This document shows, in pieces, positions 38,438-48,816 of a stretch of DNA of 64,000 nt (position 1 is its first letter; each line of letters starts with the position of its first letter). The position numbers and the translations under genes were made by a program. The DNA is from an uncultured bacterium. Its GTDB lineage: Bacteria; Acidobacteriota; Thermoanaerobaculia; Multivoradales; JAHZIX01. The notes beneath the pieces are model-generated. The model did not search any database, was not told where the DNA came from, and saw nothing but the letters and a program-made list of their open reading frames with translations. Location of the stretch: NCBI GenBank assembly GCA_965368975.1, contig CBDUPA010000011.1, positions 64,001 to 128,000 of the forward strand, in the 5' to 3' direction.

Positions 38438-40252
38438 ATGACGACCACGCTAGAGACTGCCAAGGCGCAGATCGCAGACCTACTGCAGCCAGTGTGCGGC
38501 GACCAGCTCGAGATCAAGCATGCGCCGCCAAACGTCGATGCCCAGCTGGCGGTGCCCTTGTTCCGTGCCGCCAAAGAACAGCGCACTAATCCCAAACAGC
38601 TGGCCCAGGACGTTGCCGACAGCCTAGCACCCAAGCTCGCGGACACACTCTTCGCCGACGTCTCGGTGGCCGGTGGCTTCCTCAATTTCCGCTTCGACGC
38701 CGCGCGCTATCGCCGCAGTGTCGTCGATGACTTCCGCCGCCTGGGTGACGGTTACGGCGGCTCGGACATCGGTCACGGCAAGACGGTGGTCATCGACTAT
38801 TCGTCGCCCAACATCGCCAAGCCGTTCTCCGTCGGCCATCTGCGCTCGACGGTCATCGGCCAGTCGATCAAGAACATCCTCACCTGCCTCGGCTACACCG
38901 TCATCGGTGACAACCACATCGGCGATTGGGGCACCCAATTCGGCAAGTTGCTGCGTGCCTTCGAGCTGTGGGGCGATCGCGGCGAGGTCGAGAAGGACCC
39001 GATCCGCCAGCTGCTGGCGCTGTATGTGCGTTTCCACGACGAGGCTGAGCAGAACCCCGTGCTCGAGGAAGAGGCGCGCACGTGGTTCCGTCGTCTCGAA
39101 GACGGTGACGCGGAAGCAGTCGCGCTGTGGAAGTGGGTGGCGGAGGTCAGCTGGCAGGATTTCCAGCGTATTTACAGCCTGCTCGGTGTCGAATTCGAAG
39201 AAGTGCTGGGCGAGAGCTTCTACAACGACCGCCTGCAGCCAATCGTCGACGAACTGTTCGAGCGCGGGCTGGCCGAATGGAGTGTGCCACCCCAGAAGGA
39301 CAACGCCGAGAAGGGCCACGCTCAGGGCGAGATCGAGACGAAAGAAGACCCCGCTGCTGCGGACAAGGTGGCGCTGGTGCACCTCGAGGAGCACGGTATC
39401 GACACGCCGTTGCTGATCCAGAAGAGCGACGGTACGTCTCTCTATGCCACCCGCGACCTGGCGACGATTCGCTACCGCTGCGAGCGGTGGCAGCCGGTCG
39501 AGGTGCTCTACGTTGTCGGTGCTGAGCAGAAGCTCTACTTCCAGCAACTCTTCCTGGTCGCCGGCATGCTCGGTTGTGATACCCAGTGCGTGCACGTGCC
39601 GTTCGGTCTGATCCGTCTCGCCGAGGGCAAGATGTCCACCCGCAAGGGGCGGGTGATCTTCCTCGAAGACGTGCTGGCGGAAGCCGTGCGCCGGGCCGAG
39701 GAGGTGATCGAGGACCGCGACCTGAGCGCCGAAGAGAAACGCGATATCGCGCGCAAGGTGGGCCTCGGCGCCGTCAAATTCGCGGACCTTTCGCAGACCC
39801 GCACCAAAGACGTGCTCTTCGACTGGGACAAGATGCTCAGCTTGCAGGGCGATACCTCGCCCTACCTGCAATACGCGCACGCACGCATCCGTTCGATGCT
39901 GCGCAGCGCCGCCGAGCAGGGTCGCGAAGAGCAGGGTCACGCCGAGGAGATCTCGGCGGCTCAGATCGACGCCGATCTGCTCACCACGCCGGAAGAGACC
40001 GCCTTGCTCGAAGCGCTGGCCCGCTTTCCGGAGGCGATCCAGCAGGCCGCAGTCGGCTACCTGCCGCACCTGATCGCCAACTACTTGTTGGCCCTGGCCA
40101 AAGACTTCAGCGCTTTCTACCGCGAGGTGCCCGTGCTGCGAGCTGAAGGGGAGGCCTTGCGTCTCAGCCGGCTCGGCCTGTGTGCCGTCACTGCGCAGGT
40201 GCTGCAGCGTGGCCTGGGACTGTTGGGCATCGAATGTCCGGAGAAGATGTAG
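38438..40252 (+). CDS. argS: Arginyl-tRNA synthetase
   Basis: DYSSPNIAKPFSVGHLRST, GDWGTQFG, KMSTRKG and YLQYAHAR. Confidence 0.97.
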   Translation: MTTTLETAKAQIADLLQPVCGDQLEIKHAPPNVDAQLAVPLFRAAKEQRTNPKQLAQDVADSLAPKLADTLFADVSVAGGFLNFRFDAARYRRSVVDDFRRLGDGYGGSDIGHGKTVVIDYSSPNIAKPFSVGHLRSTVIGQSIKNILTCLGYTVIGDNHIGDWGTQFGKLLRAFELWGDRGEVEKDPIRQLLALYVRFHDEAEQNPVLEEEARTWFRRLEDGDAEAVALWKWVAEVSWQDFQRIYSLLGVEFEEVLGESFYNDRLQPIVDELFERGLAEWSVPPQKDNAEKGHAQGEIETKEDPAAADKVALVHLEEHGIDTPLLIQKSDGTSLYATRDLATIRYRCERWQPVEVLYVVGAEQKLYFQQLFLVAGMLGCDTQCVHVPFGLIRLAEGKMSTRKGRVIFLEDVLAEAVRRAEEVIEDRDLSAEEKRDIARKVGLGAVKFADLSQTRTKDVLFDWDKMLSLQGDTSPYLQYAHARIRSMLRSAAEQGREEQGHAEEISAAQIDADLLTTPEETALLEALARFPEAIQQAAVGYLPHLIANYLLALAKDFSAFYREVPVLRAEGEALRLSRLGLCAVTAQVLQRGLGLLGIECPEKM

Positions 40253-40371
40253 AAACCGAGCGAGGCCAACGCTCAGCTCGGCGTCCCGTAGCGCCCGCGC
40301 ACTGTTGTCGTGTCGCTCGACCCGACCGTTCCGCTCACCGATTCGTCCCCCTGGACCCAAGGAGGCTTCCG

Positions 40372-43041
40372 ATGCACCGATCTCTATGCCGGCACGCCCC
40401 GCTGTGGCCGCGTGTCGTCCTGGCTCTCGCCCTGGTTGTCGGCAGTGCTGGATTTGCGCCCCGGCTCGCCGCCCAGTCTGTACCCACCTTCGCCGAGGTT
40501 TCGGGCCACGCGTTCGGTGAGCGCATCACTGTGCACGCCGAGATGGTGCGCTATCTGGAGCGGCTGGCCGAGGTATCGGACCGCGTACAAATGATCGACC
40601 AGGGTGCCTCCTGGGAAGGTCGCGCCTTGCTGGTGGCCGTGGTGACGTCGCGGGAGAACCATGCCCGACTGGACGAGATCCGCGCCAACGCACAAGCCCT
40701 GGCAGATCCTCGCGCCTTGGATGCCGAGAGTGCGGCGCAGATCATCGAGAGCCAGCCGGCCATCGTCTGGCTGGGCGGTTCGATCCACGGCTTCGAGCTG
40801 AGCGGCAGTGAGGGGCTGCTCAAGTTGCTCGAACGCCTGAGCACGGCTGACGACGAGGCGACCCTGAAGGCGCTCGACCAAACCGTGGTGCTGATCGATC
40901 CGATGCTCAACCCTGACGGCCGCGATGCCTTCGCCCATTTCAACCACGCGCGTCTCGGCGGCGATCCAAATCCGCATCCGAACGATTGGTCCAATGACTT
41001 CACCTCCTGGGAAGCGCTGGGGTTCCGCACCGGTCACTACTTCTTCGATACCAACCGTGACTGGTTCGCTCAGACGCAGCTGGAGACTCGGCGGCGGGCT
41101 CCGACGTGGTTGCAATGGCGCCCGCAAGTCATCGTTGACGCACACGAGATGGGTGCCGACATGGAGTTCTTCTTCGATCCGCCCACCGAGCCGGTGAGCC
41201 CTCTCTACCCGGCTTTCTCCAGCCGCTGGCACGAGATCTTCGGCGCCGCCTATGCCGAAGCGTTCGACACCGCCGGCTTCGAATACACCACGCGCGATCT
41301 GTTCAACTACTTCTATCCCGGCTACAGCACCGCCTGGGGTAGTTACCAGGGAGCCGTCGGTCTGCTATTCGAGCAAGGCTCCAGCCGCGGCCTGGCGCTG
41401 ACCCGTGGTGACGGCACCACGCGCACGCTGCTGAATGCTACCGAGCAGCAGTACGAGGCGTCCTGGACCACCGTCCGCACGGCCGCCGAGCGTCGCCAGG
41501 AGCTGCTACAGGAGTACTACCAGAGCCATCGTGAAGCCCTTGCAGATGGCGCCCAGGGCGTACGTCGCTATCTGCTGAGCGGGGACTCCGACCCCTACTT
41601 GCTGGCCGAGGCGGTCGGCTTGTTGAAGCGCAATGGCATCGAGGTCCATCGCCTGACCGAGGACGTGCGCCTGAGCGGCGTGCGCGACCGCATCGGTGGT
41701 GAGACGGGGGAGCACACCTTCGCCGCCGGTACCTTCGTGATCGAGGCCGCGCAGCCACGCAGCCGCCTAGTCCGCAACCTGCTCGAACCGTCCGTCGAGA
41801 CACCGGCCGAGTTTCTGGCCGCCGCCCGCGAGCGGATCGACCGCGGTGAAGGCGCCCGCTTCTACGACATGACTGCCTGGTCGCTGCCGCTGCTGTTCAA
41901 TCTCGACGGCTACAGCTCCACCGACGGTCGCACCCTGCCGGCCGAGCACGTCGACACCGGCTCGCGCGTCGTCCAGGACATGCCGACGCCGCGCTACGCG
42001 TACGTGCTGCCCGGCGATCAGACCGCGTCGATCGCCGCCGCCTGGCATCTGCGCCGTCAGGGCTACCGCGTCATGGTCACGGGTCCCACCGCGACCCGCG
42101 TTGCCGGCCAAGATATCCCTGGAGGCAGCGTCGTGGTCCGTGTGCGTCAGGAGGCCGAACCGCAAACCGCTGCCCTGCCGGCCGCCATTCGAGATCTCAG
42201 CCGCCGCTATCGCCTGCGCGTCCTCGGCCTCGACACCGGGCGTCCGGACGGCCCAAGTCATCTGGCGCTCGGCTCGCGCGAAACGGTGCGCCTGCGGCCC
42301 GGCCAGGTCGGCCTCCTGGCGGAAGAGCCGTTCAGCGGCTATTCCTTTGGCTGGGCCTGGTACACCCTGGAGCGTCAGTACGGCATCCCCACCCTGGTTC
42401 TACGCTCCCGCTCGCTGGCGGAGCGTTCACTGGAAGACATCGAAGTCCTGGTGATCCCGGACACCTTCGGGTCACCGGCACGTGTCCTGGGTGAGGGGGG
42501 CATGGACCGCCTACGCCGCTGGGTGCGCGACGGTGGAACCTTGATTGCTCTCGGCGGTGCCGTCGAATTCGTGCGCAATGATCTCGAGCTGATCCAGCTG
42601 CGCTCCTGGTACCCGGACCCTTCGGGAGACTCCGGGCCTGATGGCGAGGACGCTGAACAGCCCCGGCGCTTCACGGTTCCGGGCGCCTTCCTCAACGGCC
42701 AGCTCGACACCTCCTCCTGGCTCACCGCCGGCTATCAGGACGAGCAGCTACCGTTCCTGGTGTTTTCCAGCCGTATCTACCAGGCGCCCAGCGGTCCGCC
42801 GAATGGGGGTCGTCGCGCCGTGGTCACCTTCCCCCAGGCGGACGAGGGCGAGCTGGTGCTCGCCGGCCACACCTGGGACGAGAGTGACGAACGTCTACCG
42901 GGCGCCGTCGGTGTCTACGTCGAGTCCGTCGGTGCCGGTCGCGTCGTGGCCTTCGCAGAGGACCCAAACTTCCGAGGTTACTGGCGCGGTGCCGACCGCC
43001 TGTTCCTGAATGCAGTGGTGCTGGGGCCGAGTGGTCCCTGA
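40372..43041 (+). CDS. Exported M14 zinc carboxypeptidase
   Basis: GGAGG RBS; SIHGFE, NPDGR, DTNRDW and DAHEM; C-terminal WVRDGG GATase-like domain. Confidence 0.88.
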   Translation: MHRSLCRHAPLWPRVVLALALVVGSAGFAPRLAAQSVPTFAEVSGHAFGERITVHAEMVRYLERLAEVSDRVQMIDQGASWEGRALLVAVVTSRENHARLDEIRANAQALADPRALDAESAAQIIESQPAIVWLGGSIHGFELSGSEGLLKLLERLSTADDEATLKALDQTVVLIDPMLNPDGRDAFAHFNHARLGGDPNPHPNDWSNDFTSWEALGFRTGHYFFDTNRDWFAQTQLETRRRAPTWLQWRPQVIVDAHEMGADMEFFFDPPTEPVSPLYPAFSSRWHEIFGAAYAEAFDTAGFEYTTRDLFNYFYPGYSTAWGSYQGAVGLLFEQGSSRGLALTRGDGTTRTLLNATEQQYEASWTTVRTAAERRQELLQEYYQSHREALADGAQGVRRYLLSGDSDPYLLAEAVGLLKRNGIEVHRLTEDVRLSGVRDRIGGETGEHTFAAGTFVIEAAQPRSRLVRNLLEPSVETPAEFLAAARERIDRGEGARFYDMTAWSLPLLFNLDGYSSTDGRTLPAEHVDTGSRVVQDMPTPRYAYVLPGDQTASIAAAWHLRRQGYRVMVTGPTATRVAGQDIPGGSVVVRVRQEAEPQTAALPAAIRDLSRRYRLRVLGLDTGRPDGPSHLALGSRETVRLRPGQVGLLAEEPFSGYSFGWAWYTLERQYGIPTLVLRSRSLAERSLEDIEVLVIPDTFGSPARVLGEGGMDRLRRWVRDGGTLIALGGAVEFVRNDLELIQLRSWYPDPSGDSGPDGEDAEQPRRFTVPGAFLNGQLDTSSWLTAGYQDEQLPFLVFSSRIYQAPSGPPNGGRRAVVTFPQADEGELVLAGHTWDESDERLPGAVGVYVESVGAGRVVAFAEDPNFRGYWRGADRLFLNAVVLGPSGP

Positions 43042-43044
43042 GCG

Positions 43045-43734
43045 TCAACCGGGTGCGGCTCCGGTCACGATGCGGCGCACGATCATGTAGACGATGCCAC
43101 CGATCAGGCCGCCGACGTTGAACGCCACGTGCACCACGACGGCTGGCAGCAAACTACCACTGACTTCCCGGAAGTACGCCGCGGCGAAGCCGAGCGCCGT
43201 CGTGGCGACGACCAGGATCACGCAGGTCCAGACATCGGCGCCGATGAAGAAGAGCGACAGGTGCATGGCACCGAAGACCAGAGCACTGGTCGGAACAGCT
43301 GTCCCCAGGCGGCTTCCATCGCTCGCGGACCGAACCCAGCTCTGGATCAGGCCGCGGGTGAAGATCTCTTCGGTAAAGCTGGACCAGAGCCAGACCCACA
43401 AGACCAGTTGGGGTAGCGTGAAGCCCTGCAGCATGGGATGACCTTGGGCGGGTGTGGCCAGGATCGCGACGGTGGTCAAGGCTCCCAGCAGCAGGCCGAT
43501 CCCGGTGATCTTGCGCCAGGCCGTGCCCGGGGCGGCGCGAAAGCCGAACTCGGCAAAGCTGCGCTTGTCGACCGCCATCAGCAGCAGACTGACGACCAGC
43601 ATTGCGGCCTTGAGCAGAGCGTGCTGATCGATGGTATCGAGGTCGCGGCCGAGCGAGCCGAGTCCCCAGCTGAGCCCACCGAAGAGCATGAGAGCCAGTA
43701 CGAAAGCGGTGACCGGATGCAGCGAAGGTCTCAT
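43045..43734 (-). CDS. CPBP (CAAX/Abi) intramembrane metalloprotease
   Basis: EEIFTRG, FGAMH and HVAFN. Confidence 0.9.
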   Translation of the reverse strand: MRPSLHPVTAFVLALMLFGGLSWGLGSLGRDLDTIDQHALLKAAMLVVSLLLMAVDKRSFAEFGFRAAPGTAWRKITGIGLLLGALTTVAILATPAQGHPMLQGFTLPQLVLWVWLWSSFTEEIFTRGLIQSWVRSASDGSRLGTAVPTSALVFGAMHLSLFFIGADVWTCVILVVATTALGFAAAYFREVSGSLLPAVVVHVAFNVGGLIGGIVYMIVRRIVTGAAPG

Positions 43735-44594
43735 GACCGGGTCCTTTCTGGAGCCATGCCCAGGCGTCGGAAAAGCTGTCGTTGGCCGGGTAGCTCGGTG
43801 TTGTGAAAGAAGCGCTGCCGTTCGAGCAACTCAGCGAACGGCGGAGGCAAGGGGTGCTGATCGTGCAACTCGGCGATGGCGTGGTACGTCTGCTCCATGC
43901 CCAGGCCGGCATGGAGCAAGCAGGCGAGATACAGGCTGTCCGTCCAGAGAGCTTGATGGACCTCGCTCAGGTCCTCGTGCAACAGGGCTAGCAAAGCCTC
44001 TCTGGCATCCACCGCGACGTTGAGCTGTTGACTTCGCCAGAAGCTGCGCACGCGCTCGTGCTGCCAGGTCAGTGTCACCTGACAGCCAGCAAGATCGACG
44101 GGATCGTAGGCCTGTACGTAGACTTCGACCCCACGTGCCGCGGTTTCCTGGAGCTGTTGACGAAGACCCTCAAGGGTCTCGGGGAACGCATCGACGACCG
44201 CCATCTTGCTCGCCCGCTGGAGCATCGCACTGGCCCGCTCCAGCACCGCCGGCACGGTCCGTAGTTGGTAGATGCGTTCCTGTGCGGCAGCTGGTTGGAG
44301 GTCCCGGAGCTCCTCGGCCGCCCGCTGCTTCTGCTCTCGGAACTGACGCTCCAGCTGACCGAGGAACTCGTCCACCGGCGCGGCGCGGCAGCGACGTGGT
44401 TCGCCCTGTTCGAGGGTGACCGCACCTTTGAGCGCCAGAGCTTCGATCGCCTTGTAGACGTTGGCCGTCGCCTTCCCGAGCGCCTTGCCGACGCGGTAGG
44501 CCGTCTCGGGTTCCGCCTGGGATAGAAGGTGCGTGTAGACCTCGGCTTCCAACTGATTGAGGCCGAGTTCACGGAGTGTCTCGAGGGTAGCCAT
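43731..44594 (-). CDS. TrmB-family transcriptional regulator
   Basis: LRELGLNQLEAEVY...VYKAIEAL wHTH plus PLD-like effector domain. Confidence 0.9.
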   Translation of the reverse strand: MATLETLRELGLNQLEAEVYTHLLSQAEPETAYRVGKALGKATANVYKAIEALALKGAVTLEQGEPRRCRAAPVDEFLGQLERQFREQKQRAAEELRDLQPAAAQERIYQLRTVPAVLERASAMLQRASKMAVVDAFPETLEGLRQQLQETAARGVEVYVQAYDPVDLAGCQVTLTWQHERVRSFWRSQQLNVAVDAREALLALLHEDLSEVHQALWTDSLYLACLLHAGLGMEQTYHAIAELHDQHPLPPPFAELLERQRFFHNTELPGQRQLFRRLGMAPERTRS

Positions 44595-44598
44595 GTCA

Positions 44599-44629
44599 GT
44601 AGCATAAATTTATGCTACCCTGATGTCAA
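44599..44629 (-). promoter_or_regulatory. Leaderless promoter overlapped by a perfect 20-bp palindrome
   Basis: TTGACA-17-TATGCT; palindrome GTAGCATAAATTTATGCTAC at 44599-44618; ATG 6 nt after -10. Confidence 0.85.
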
Positions 44630-44716
44630 GGAAGGGAATCTACCAAGACAAGGAGACTTCCAACTCGTGGGGAGGGCACAGTCCCGCGGTTCTCGAGGGA
44701 TGTCTTCTGTGCCGGG

Positions 44717-45979
44717 TCAGCTCGTCAGTACGATCCGGCCTGCCTTGACCACCGTTCGCACAGGGTTGACACCGAAGTGATACCCGAGATGGTCGAGGTT
44801 GGGGGCGTCGAGCAGCACGAGATCGGCACGCTTACCGGCCTCGATCGTGCCGATCTCTGCACCCTTGCCAAGCACACAGGCTGGGTTCAGCGTCACGGCC
44901 ACCAGGGCTTCCTCGATCGACAGTTTCAGTTTGAAGACGCCTAGCCAGAGAATGAACAGCAGGGACTCGGTGTGGGAGGAACCCGGGTTGCAGTCGGTCG
45001 CCAGAGTCAACGGGACGCCGGCCTCGATCAAGCGGCGGGCGGGAGCGTAGTCGTCTTTCATCAAGAAGAAGCTGACGCCCGGCAGCATCCCCGCGGCGAC
45101 GCCAGCTTCGGCCATGGCGGCGATGCCGGCATCCGAGACGGCGACGAGGTGATCCGCGGTGGCGGCGCCGAGTTCGGCGGCCAGGGTCGCGGCGCCCGAA
45201 TCGACGAACTCGTCGGCGTGCAGGCGAGGCACCATGCCATGGCGGCGGCCGGCTTCGAGCACGCGCCGGCTCTGCTCGACGGTATAGACGCCCTGTTCGC
45301 AGAAGACATCGCAGAAGTGGGCCAGGCCCTGTTCGGCGGCGGCGGGGGTGATCTCCTCACACACGATGTCCACGTAGCGGTCGCGGTCGTCGCGGTACTC
45401 GGGAGGGAACTCGTGCGCCGCCAGCAACGTGGGTATGACGTCGATGACGTGCTCGGCAGCGGCGCTGCGGGTCGCGCGAAGCTGTTTGAGTTCGTCGTCC
45501 AGGCTCAAGCCATAGCCGCTCTTGACCTCGGCGGTCGTCGTGCCCCCGCGCAACATGTGGTCGAGGCGGGTGCGGGTCAGGGCGGCGAGTTCGGGCTCTG
45601 AGGCCTCGCGCGTCGAGCGCACGGTCGACAGGATGCCGCCGCCAGCCGCGGCGATCTCCAAGTAGGTCTTGCCGGCGAGTCGTTGCCCGAACTCCGTCTC
45701 GCGGCTGCCGCCCCAAGGCAGGTGTGTATGGCTGTCGACAAGACCGGGCACCAGTGTACCGCCCTGACCATCCAGTCGTGCCGTGCCGTCGAGGTCACCG
45801 AACTGCTGCCCGCGCTCGTCGGGAGTTCCGACGAAGATGATGCGGTCCTCCCTGCACAGCACCTCGACACCTTGGCGGCGCCGCACGCGTGCCTGGTCAG
45901 CACCGCTCAGCAAGCTCGTTCCTTCGGCACTCGCCACCTCACCCAGGTTCTCGATCAACAGCTGCCGTGTGGTGTCCAT
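44717..45979 (-). CDS. hutI: Imidazolonepropionase
   Basis: PGLVDSHTH, EVKSGYGL, DVFCE, LHADE, ADHL and ATDCNPGS. Confidence 0.95.
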   Translation of the reverse strand: MDTTRQLLIENLGEVASAEGTSLLSGADQARVRRRQGVEVLCREDRIIFVGTPDERGQQFGDLDGTARLDGQGGTLVPGLVDSHTHLPWGGSRETEFGQRLAGKTYLEIAAAGGGILSTVRSTREASEPELAALTRTRLDHMLRGGTTTAEVKSGYGLSLDDELKQLRATRSAAAEHVIDVIPTLLAAHEFPPEYRDDRDRYVDIVCEEITPAAAEQGLAHFCDVFCEQGVYTVEQSRRVLEAGRRHGMVPRLHADEFVDSGAATLAAELGAATADHLVAVSDAGIAAMAEAGVAAGMLPGVSFFLMKDDYAPARRLIEAGVPLTLATDCNPGSSHTESLLFILWLGVFKLKLSIEEALVAVTLNPACVLGKGAEIGTIEAGKRADLVLLDAPNLDHLGYHFGVNPVRTVVKAGRIVLTS

Positions 45980-45983
45980 TCGC

Positions 45984-46727
45984 TTAATCCTCCGCTGTAT
46001 CGAGGCCGACCTTCTGCCGGCCCAGGTCGTGAATCTGCGTGTCGAGCCAGCTCTCGACCTGCGTCCAGCTCAAGGTGCCCACTTCGGCCACCCGTGCAGC
46101 GGACAGCCGAGGCATGGGCTCGCCGCCGATCAGCGAGCGGTCCGCCAGCCCCTTGAGCGCTTGTAGCGGGAAGTCGCGTACGTGCCCGAACTTGTCTTCG
46201 GAGCGCTGCAGAAGTTCGGCCAGCGGTAGCAAGTGGCACAGAAGGTAGAGGTCGACGAAATCGCGCCGTGTGCCGCGGCTGATGATGGCGCCCAGCTTCA
46301 TCAGGCCGAGGTCGACCAGCGAGGCGACCTGCAGGCCATCGAAGAACTCCTCCGGGTCGACCAGCGGGTACGGATAGTAGAAGAAGCGTAGCGCGATGCC
46401 GGCGCCGGTGCGCACGTAGAGGAAGCCGTCGCGCGCGGTCTCGACCCTGAGGTCGGGGTCGAGCTCCAGCAGGTCAAAGAGCAGATCGCGTCGGTCTGGA
46501 CTTGCCAGGCGATTGAACTGCGACATCAGGTCGAGGCTGTGAGCTTCGCGGTGCCCGATGTGCAGTGTCAGCGCGCTGGAACCGGCGAGGTAGAAATCCT
46601 CTGCCCAGGGACGCGTGGCGAGGCGCTCTATCCAGGCGCGCAGGTCGGTGGGGATCTGCTGTTCATGCTGCAAGGGGTCGGCTCCAGGCGGTTCTTCAGG
46701 AGGTAGCGACAAGGGGGGCAGAGTCAC
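45984..46727 (-). CDS. AbiEii/AbiGii-family nucleotidyltransferase (putative toxin)
   Basis: FYLAGSSAL..GHR..SLD and MKLGAIISRGTRRDFVDLY. Confidence 0.85.
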   Translation of the reverse strand: MTLPPLSLPPEEPPGADPLQHEQQIPTDLRAWIERLATRPWAEDFYLAGSSALTLHIGHREAHSLDLMSQFNRLASPDRRDLLFDLLELDPDLRVETARDGFLYVRTGAGIALRFFYYPYPLVDPEEFFDGLQVASLVDLGLMKLGAIISRGTRRDFVDLYLLCHLLPLAELLQRSEDKFGHVRDFPLQALKGLADRSLIGGEPMPRLSAARVAEVGTLSWTQVESWLDTQIHDLGRQKVGLDTAED

Positions 46728-47053
46728 AGGGGCCAGAGAGCGTCACGGGTCGAAGCGTCGTGGTCCGAAGCCGTCGGGTTGGAAGCTGTCGAGTCCGAGA
46801 ACGACGGTGGCAGGTCGAGCAAGCGTTGCCAGAAGAGGTAACTGCGCCGGGACAGTTGTCGCTTGCCGCGTTGCTCCAGCCACTCTCCGAGCCGGGCTTC
46901 GGAGACGCGCTGCGTCAGCCAGCGTAGATCGGCCTCTTCACCCTCTTCTAGTACGCGGCCGATGACGAAGTCGGAGACGGGTTCCGCGGGCCCTGGCAGT
47001 ACGCCTACGCTGTGCAGGGGGAAGAGGCGGGGCGTCTGTGCGGGGTAGGGCAC
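46724..47053 (-). CDS. Small AbiEii partner (DUF6922-like putative antitoxin)
   Basis: FVIGRVLEEG...LRWL and LSRRSYLFW; stop overlaps AbiEii start. Confidence 0.7.
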   Translation of the reverse strand: MPYPAQTPRLFPLHSVGVLPGPAEPVSDFVIGRVLEEGEEADLRWLTQRVSEARLGEWLEQRGKRQLSRRSYLFWQRLLDLPPSFSDSTASNPTASDHDASTRDALWPL

Positions 47054-47069
47054 TGTCCAGCCGCCAGGG

Positions 47070-47810
47070 TCAAGCCATCGGGGGCCGGCGCCGTCCGAAA
47101 ATGGCCGTGCCGACGCGTACGTGTGTTGCGCCCTCTTCGATGGCGACCTCGAAGTCGTTGCTCATGCCCATCGAGAGAAGTCCCGGAAAACCGCGCCATG
47201 CCGGATGCGCCGCGAGGTCATCGCGCAGCTGGCGCAGCTGCACGAACCAGGGACGGCTCGCCTCGGGGTTGTCGCTGAACGGCGGGATCGCCATCAGGCC
47301 GACGAAGTCGAGGTGTTCGAGGTCTGTCAGTGGTGCGACGCGGTCGAGCAACCCGTGCGCGGGGAAGCCGTGCTTGCTATCCTCGCCCCCGAGGTTGACC
47401 TCGAGGAAACAGCGGAGCCGGCGGTTCTGTGCCGCCGCCTCGCGGTCGAGAAGCCGGGCGATCTTGACTCGGTCGACGGCGTGGATGGTGTCAAAGAGCG
47501 CGGCAGCACGCCTGGCCTTGTTGCTCTGCAACGGCCCGATCAAGTGCCACTCGACATCTACCGGCATGGCCGGCACCTTGTCCTCGGCCTCCTGGACCCG
47601 ATTCTCGCCGAACACGCGCAGCCCAGAGGTATACGCGTGCTGGAGTTTCTCCAGCGGCTGTGCCTTGCTGACGCCGACCAGCGTCACCTGCGATATGTCG
47701 CGGCCCGCGCGCTCGCAAGCCTCACCGATCCGCCCCTGGATTGCTGCCAGCCGCTCGGCCAGGCCGCCATCCGCCGTCGTGAAGCCGGGCGTGGAAGCGT
47801 CCGAGGTCAC
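47070..47810 (-). CDS. yggS: PLP homeostasis protein
   Basis: GVSK, FGENRVQE, WHLIGPLQSNK, LSMGMS and VRVGTAIFG. Confidence 0.95.
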   Translation of the reverse strand: MTSDASTPGFTTADGGLAERLAAIQGRIGEACERAGRDISQVTLVGVSKAQPLEKLQHAYTSGLRVFGENRVQEAEDKVPAMPVDVEWHLIGPLQSNKARRAAALFDTIHAVDRVKIARLLDREAAAQNRRLRCFLEVNLGGEDSKHGFPAHGLLDRVAPLTDLEHLDFVGLMAIPPFSDNPEASRPWFVQLRQLRDDLAAHPAWRGFPGLLSMGMSNDFEVAIEEGATHVRVGTAIFGRRRPPMA

Positions 47811-48571
47811 GCGTCGACGTCCCCTTCGTTGTCTTCCGCAGGCACGAAGAGAATCCGCTTGCAGCTCTCACACAGGTTGATGCCGCCAGCACCGTTGATC
47901 TCGACCACCGTCTGCGGCCGTACGCGGTAGTTGCAGGCGCCGCAGTGGTAGATGTCGGGACCCTTGCCGCCGGTGCGCTGCAAGCGCAGGACAGCCGCAG
48001 TGGCCTGACCGTTCTGGCGCTCCAGGATACGCTCGAACTGGCGCAGCGTGCCACGTGGTAGCTCGCCCCGCAGGGATTTGACCAGCTTGTGCAGCTTGTT
48101 CGCTTCCTTGGTGACCTTGGGTTTCTCGGCTTCCCATTTGGCGTACTCGGTCTGGTAGCGGTTCTCCAGCTCTACGAAGGTCTCGCGCTTCTCCTCCAGG
48201 GCCGACTCCGCTGTCTCTTTGCGCTCCAGGGAGTCCTTGCTGGTCTCTCTGAGGGCATCGAGACTCGTCTTGGTGGTGTCGATCTCCTGCAGCAGGGCAC
48301 CGTACTCGCGCTGCGTCGAGACGTCGTTCATCTGCTGCTGATAGTGCTTCAACCGCTCATCCAGCTCCTGCATCTGCAGCTCAGCCTGACGCCGCTCGCT
48401 GGCAGCCTCTTCGGCGGCTTGCTCCAACTGGTCAATCTCAGCCTTCTGCTCGCTGTACTCTTCGTGCAGCTCGAGCATCCAGTCCGGCACGTTTTCGAGG
48501 CGGCGCTCGGTATCGCGGAGCAGATCGAGGGATTTTTGAAGTTCGACGACTAGCGGAAGAAGCTGACTCAT
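47807..48571 (-). CDS. Coiled-coil plus C4 zinc-ribbon protein (CT398/DUF164-like)
   Basis: Long coiled coil; CGAC...CESCKRIL. Confidence 0.9.
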   Translation of the reverse strand: MSQLLPLVVELQKSLDLLRDTERRLENVPDWMLELHEEYSEQKAEIDQLEQAAEEAASERRQAELQMQELDERLKHYQQQMNDVSTQREYGALLQEIDTTKTSLDALRETSKDSLERKETAESALEEKRETFVELENRYQTEYAKWEAEKPKVTKEANKLHKLVKSLRGELPRGTLRQFERILERQNGQATAAVLRLQRTGGKGPDIYHCGACNYRVRPQTVVEINGAGGINLCESCKRILFVPAEDNEGDVDA

Positions 48572-48614
48572 CTTGCAGGCTCCGAGAGACAGAGAAGGGC
48601 TGTGGAGAACGGCA

Positions 48615-48689
48615 CTCTGGGCTTCGAGATCGGCGGTTTCGAGGCTCTGGGTTTCGAGATTGAGAGATTCGAGACGCTGGGGCTCGGTG
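48615..48689. repeat. Degenerate 15-bp tandem repeat x5 (intergenic)
   Basis: ctctgggcttcgaga/tcggcggtttcgagg/ctctgggtttcgaga/ttgagagattcgaga/cgctggggctcggtg. Confidence 0.75.
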
Positions 48690-48816
48690 TAGTAGGGATC
48701 GGGAGGTTCGGATGGGGGCCCAGGACTCGCGTCGAGGTCCGAGCGAAAGGCGAGCAGGTGCTGGTTGCAGAAGACAACTGGCTGAATCCCAAGATCTGTA
48801 GAGTTCCCGCTATCAG

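Noticed and set aside
38624-40360. Long antisense ORFs (also 4059-5474, 54043-55671, 56320-57462, 37144-38295)
   Set aside because: Shadow ORFs expected opposite high-GC coding genes; no family motifs
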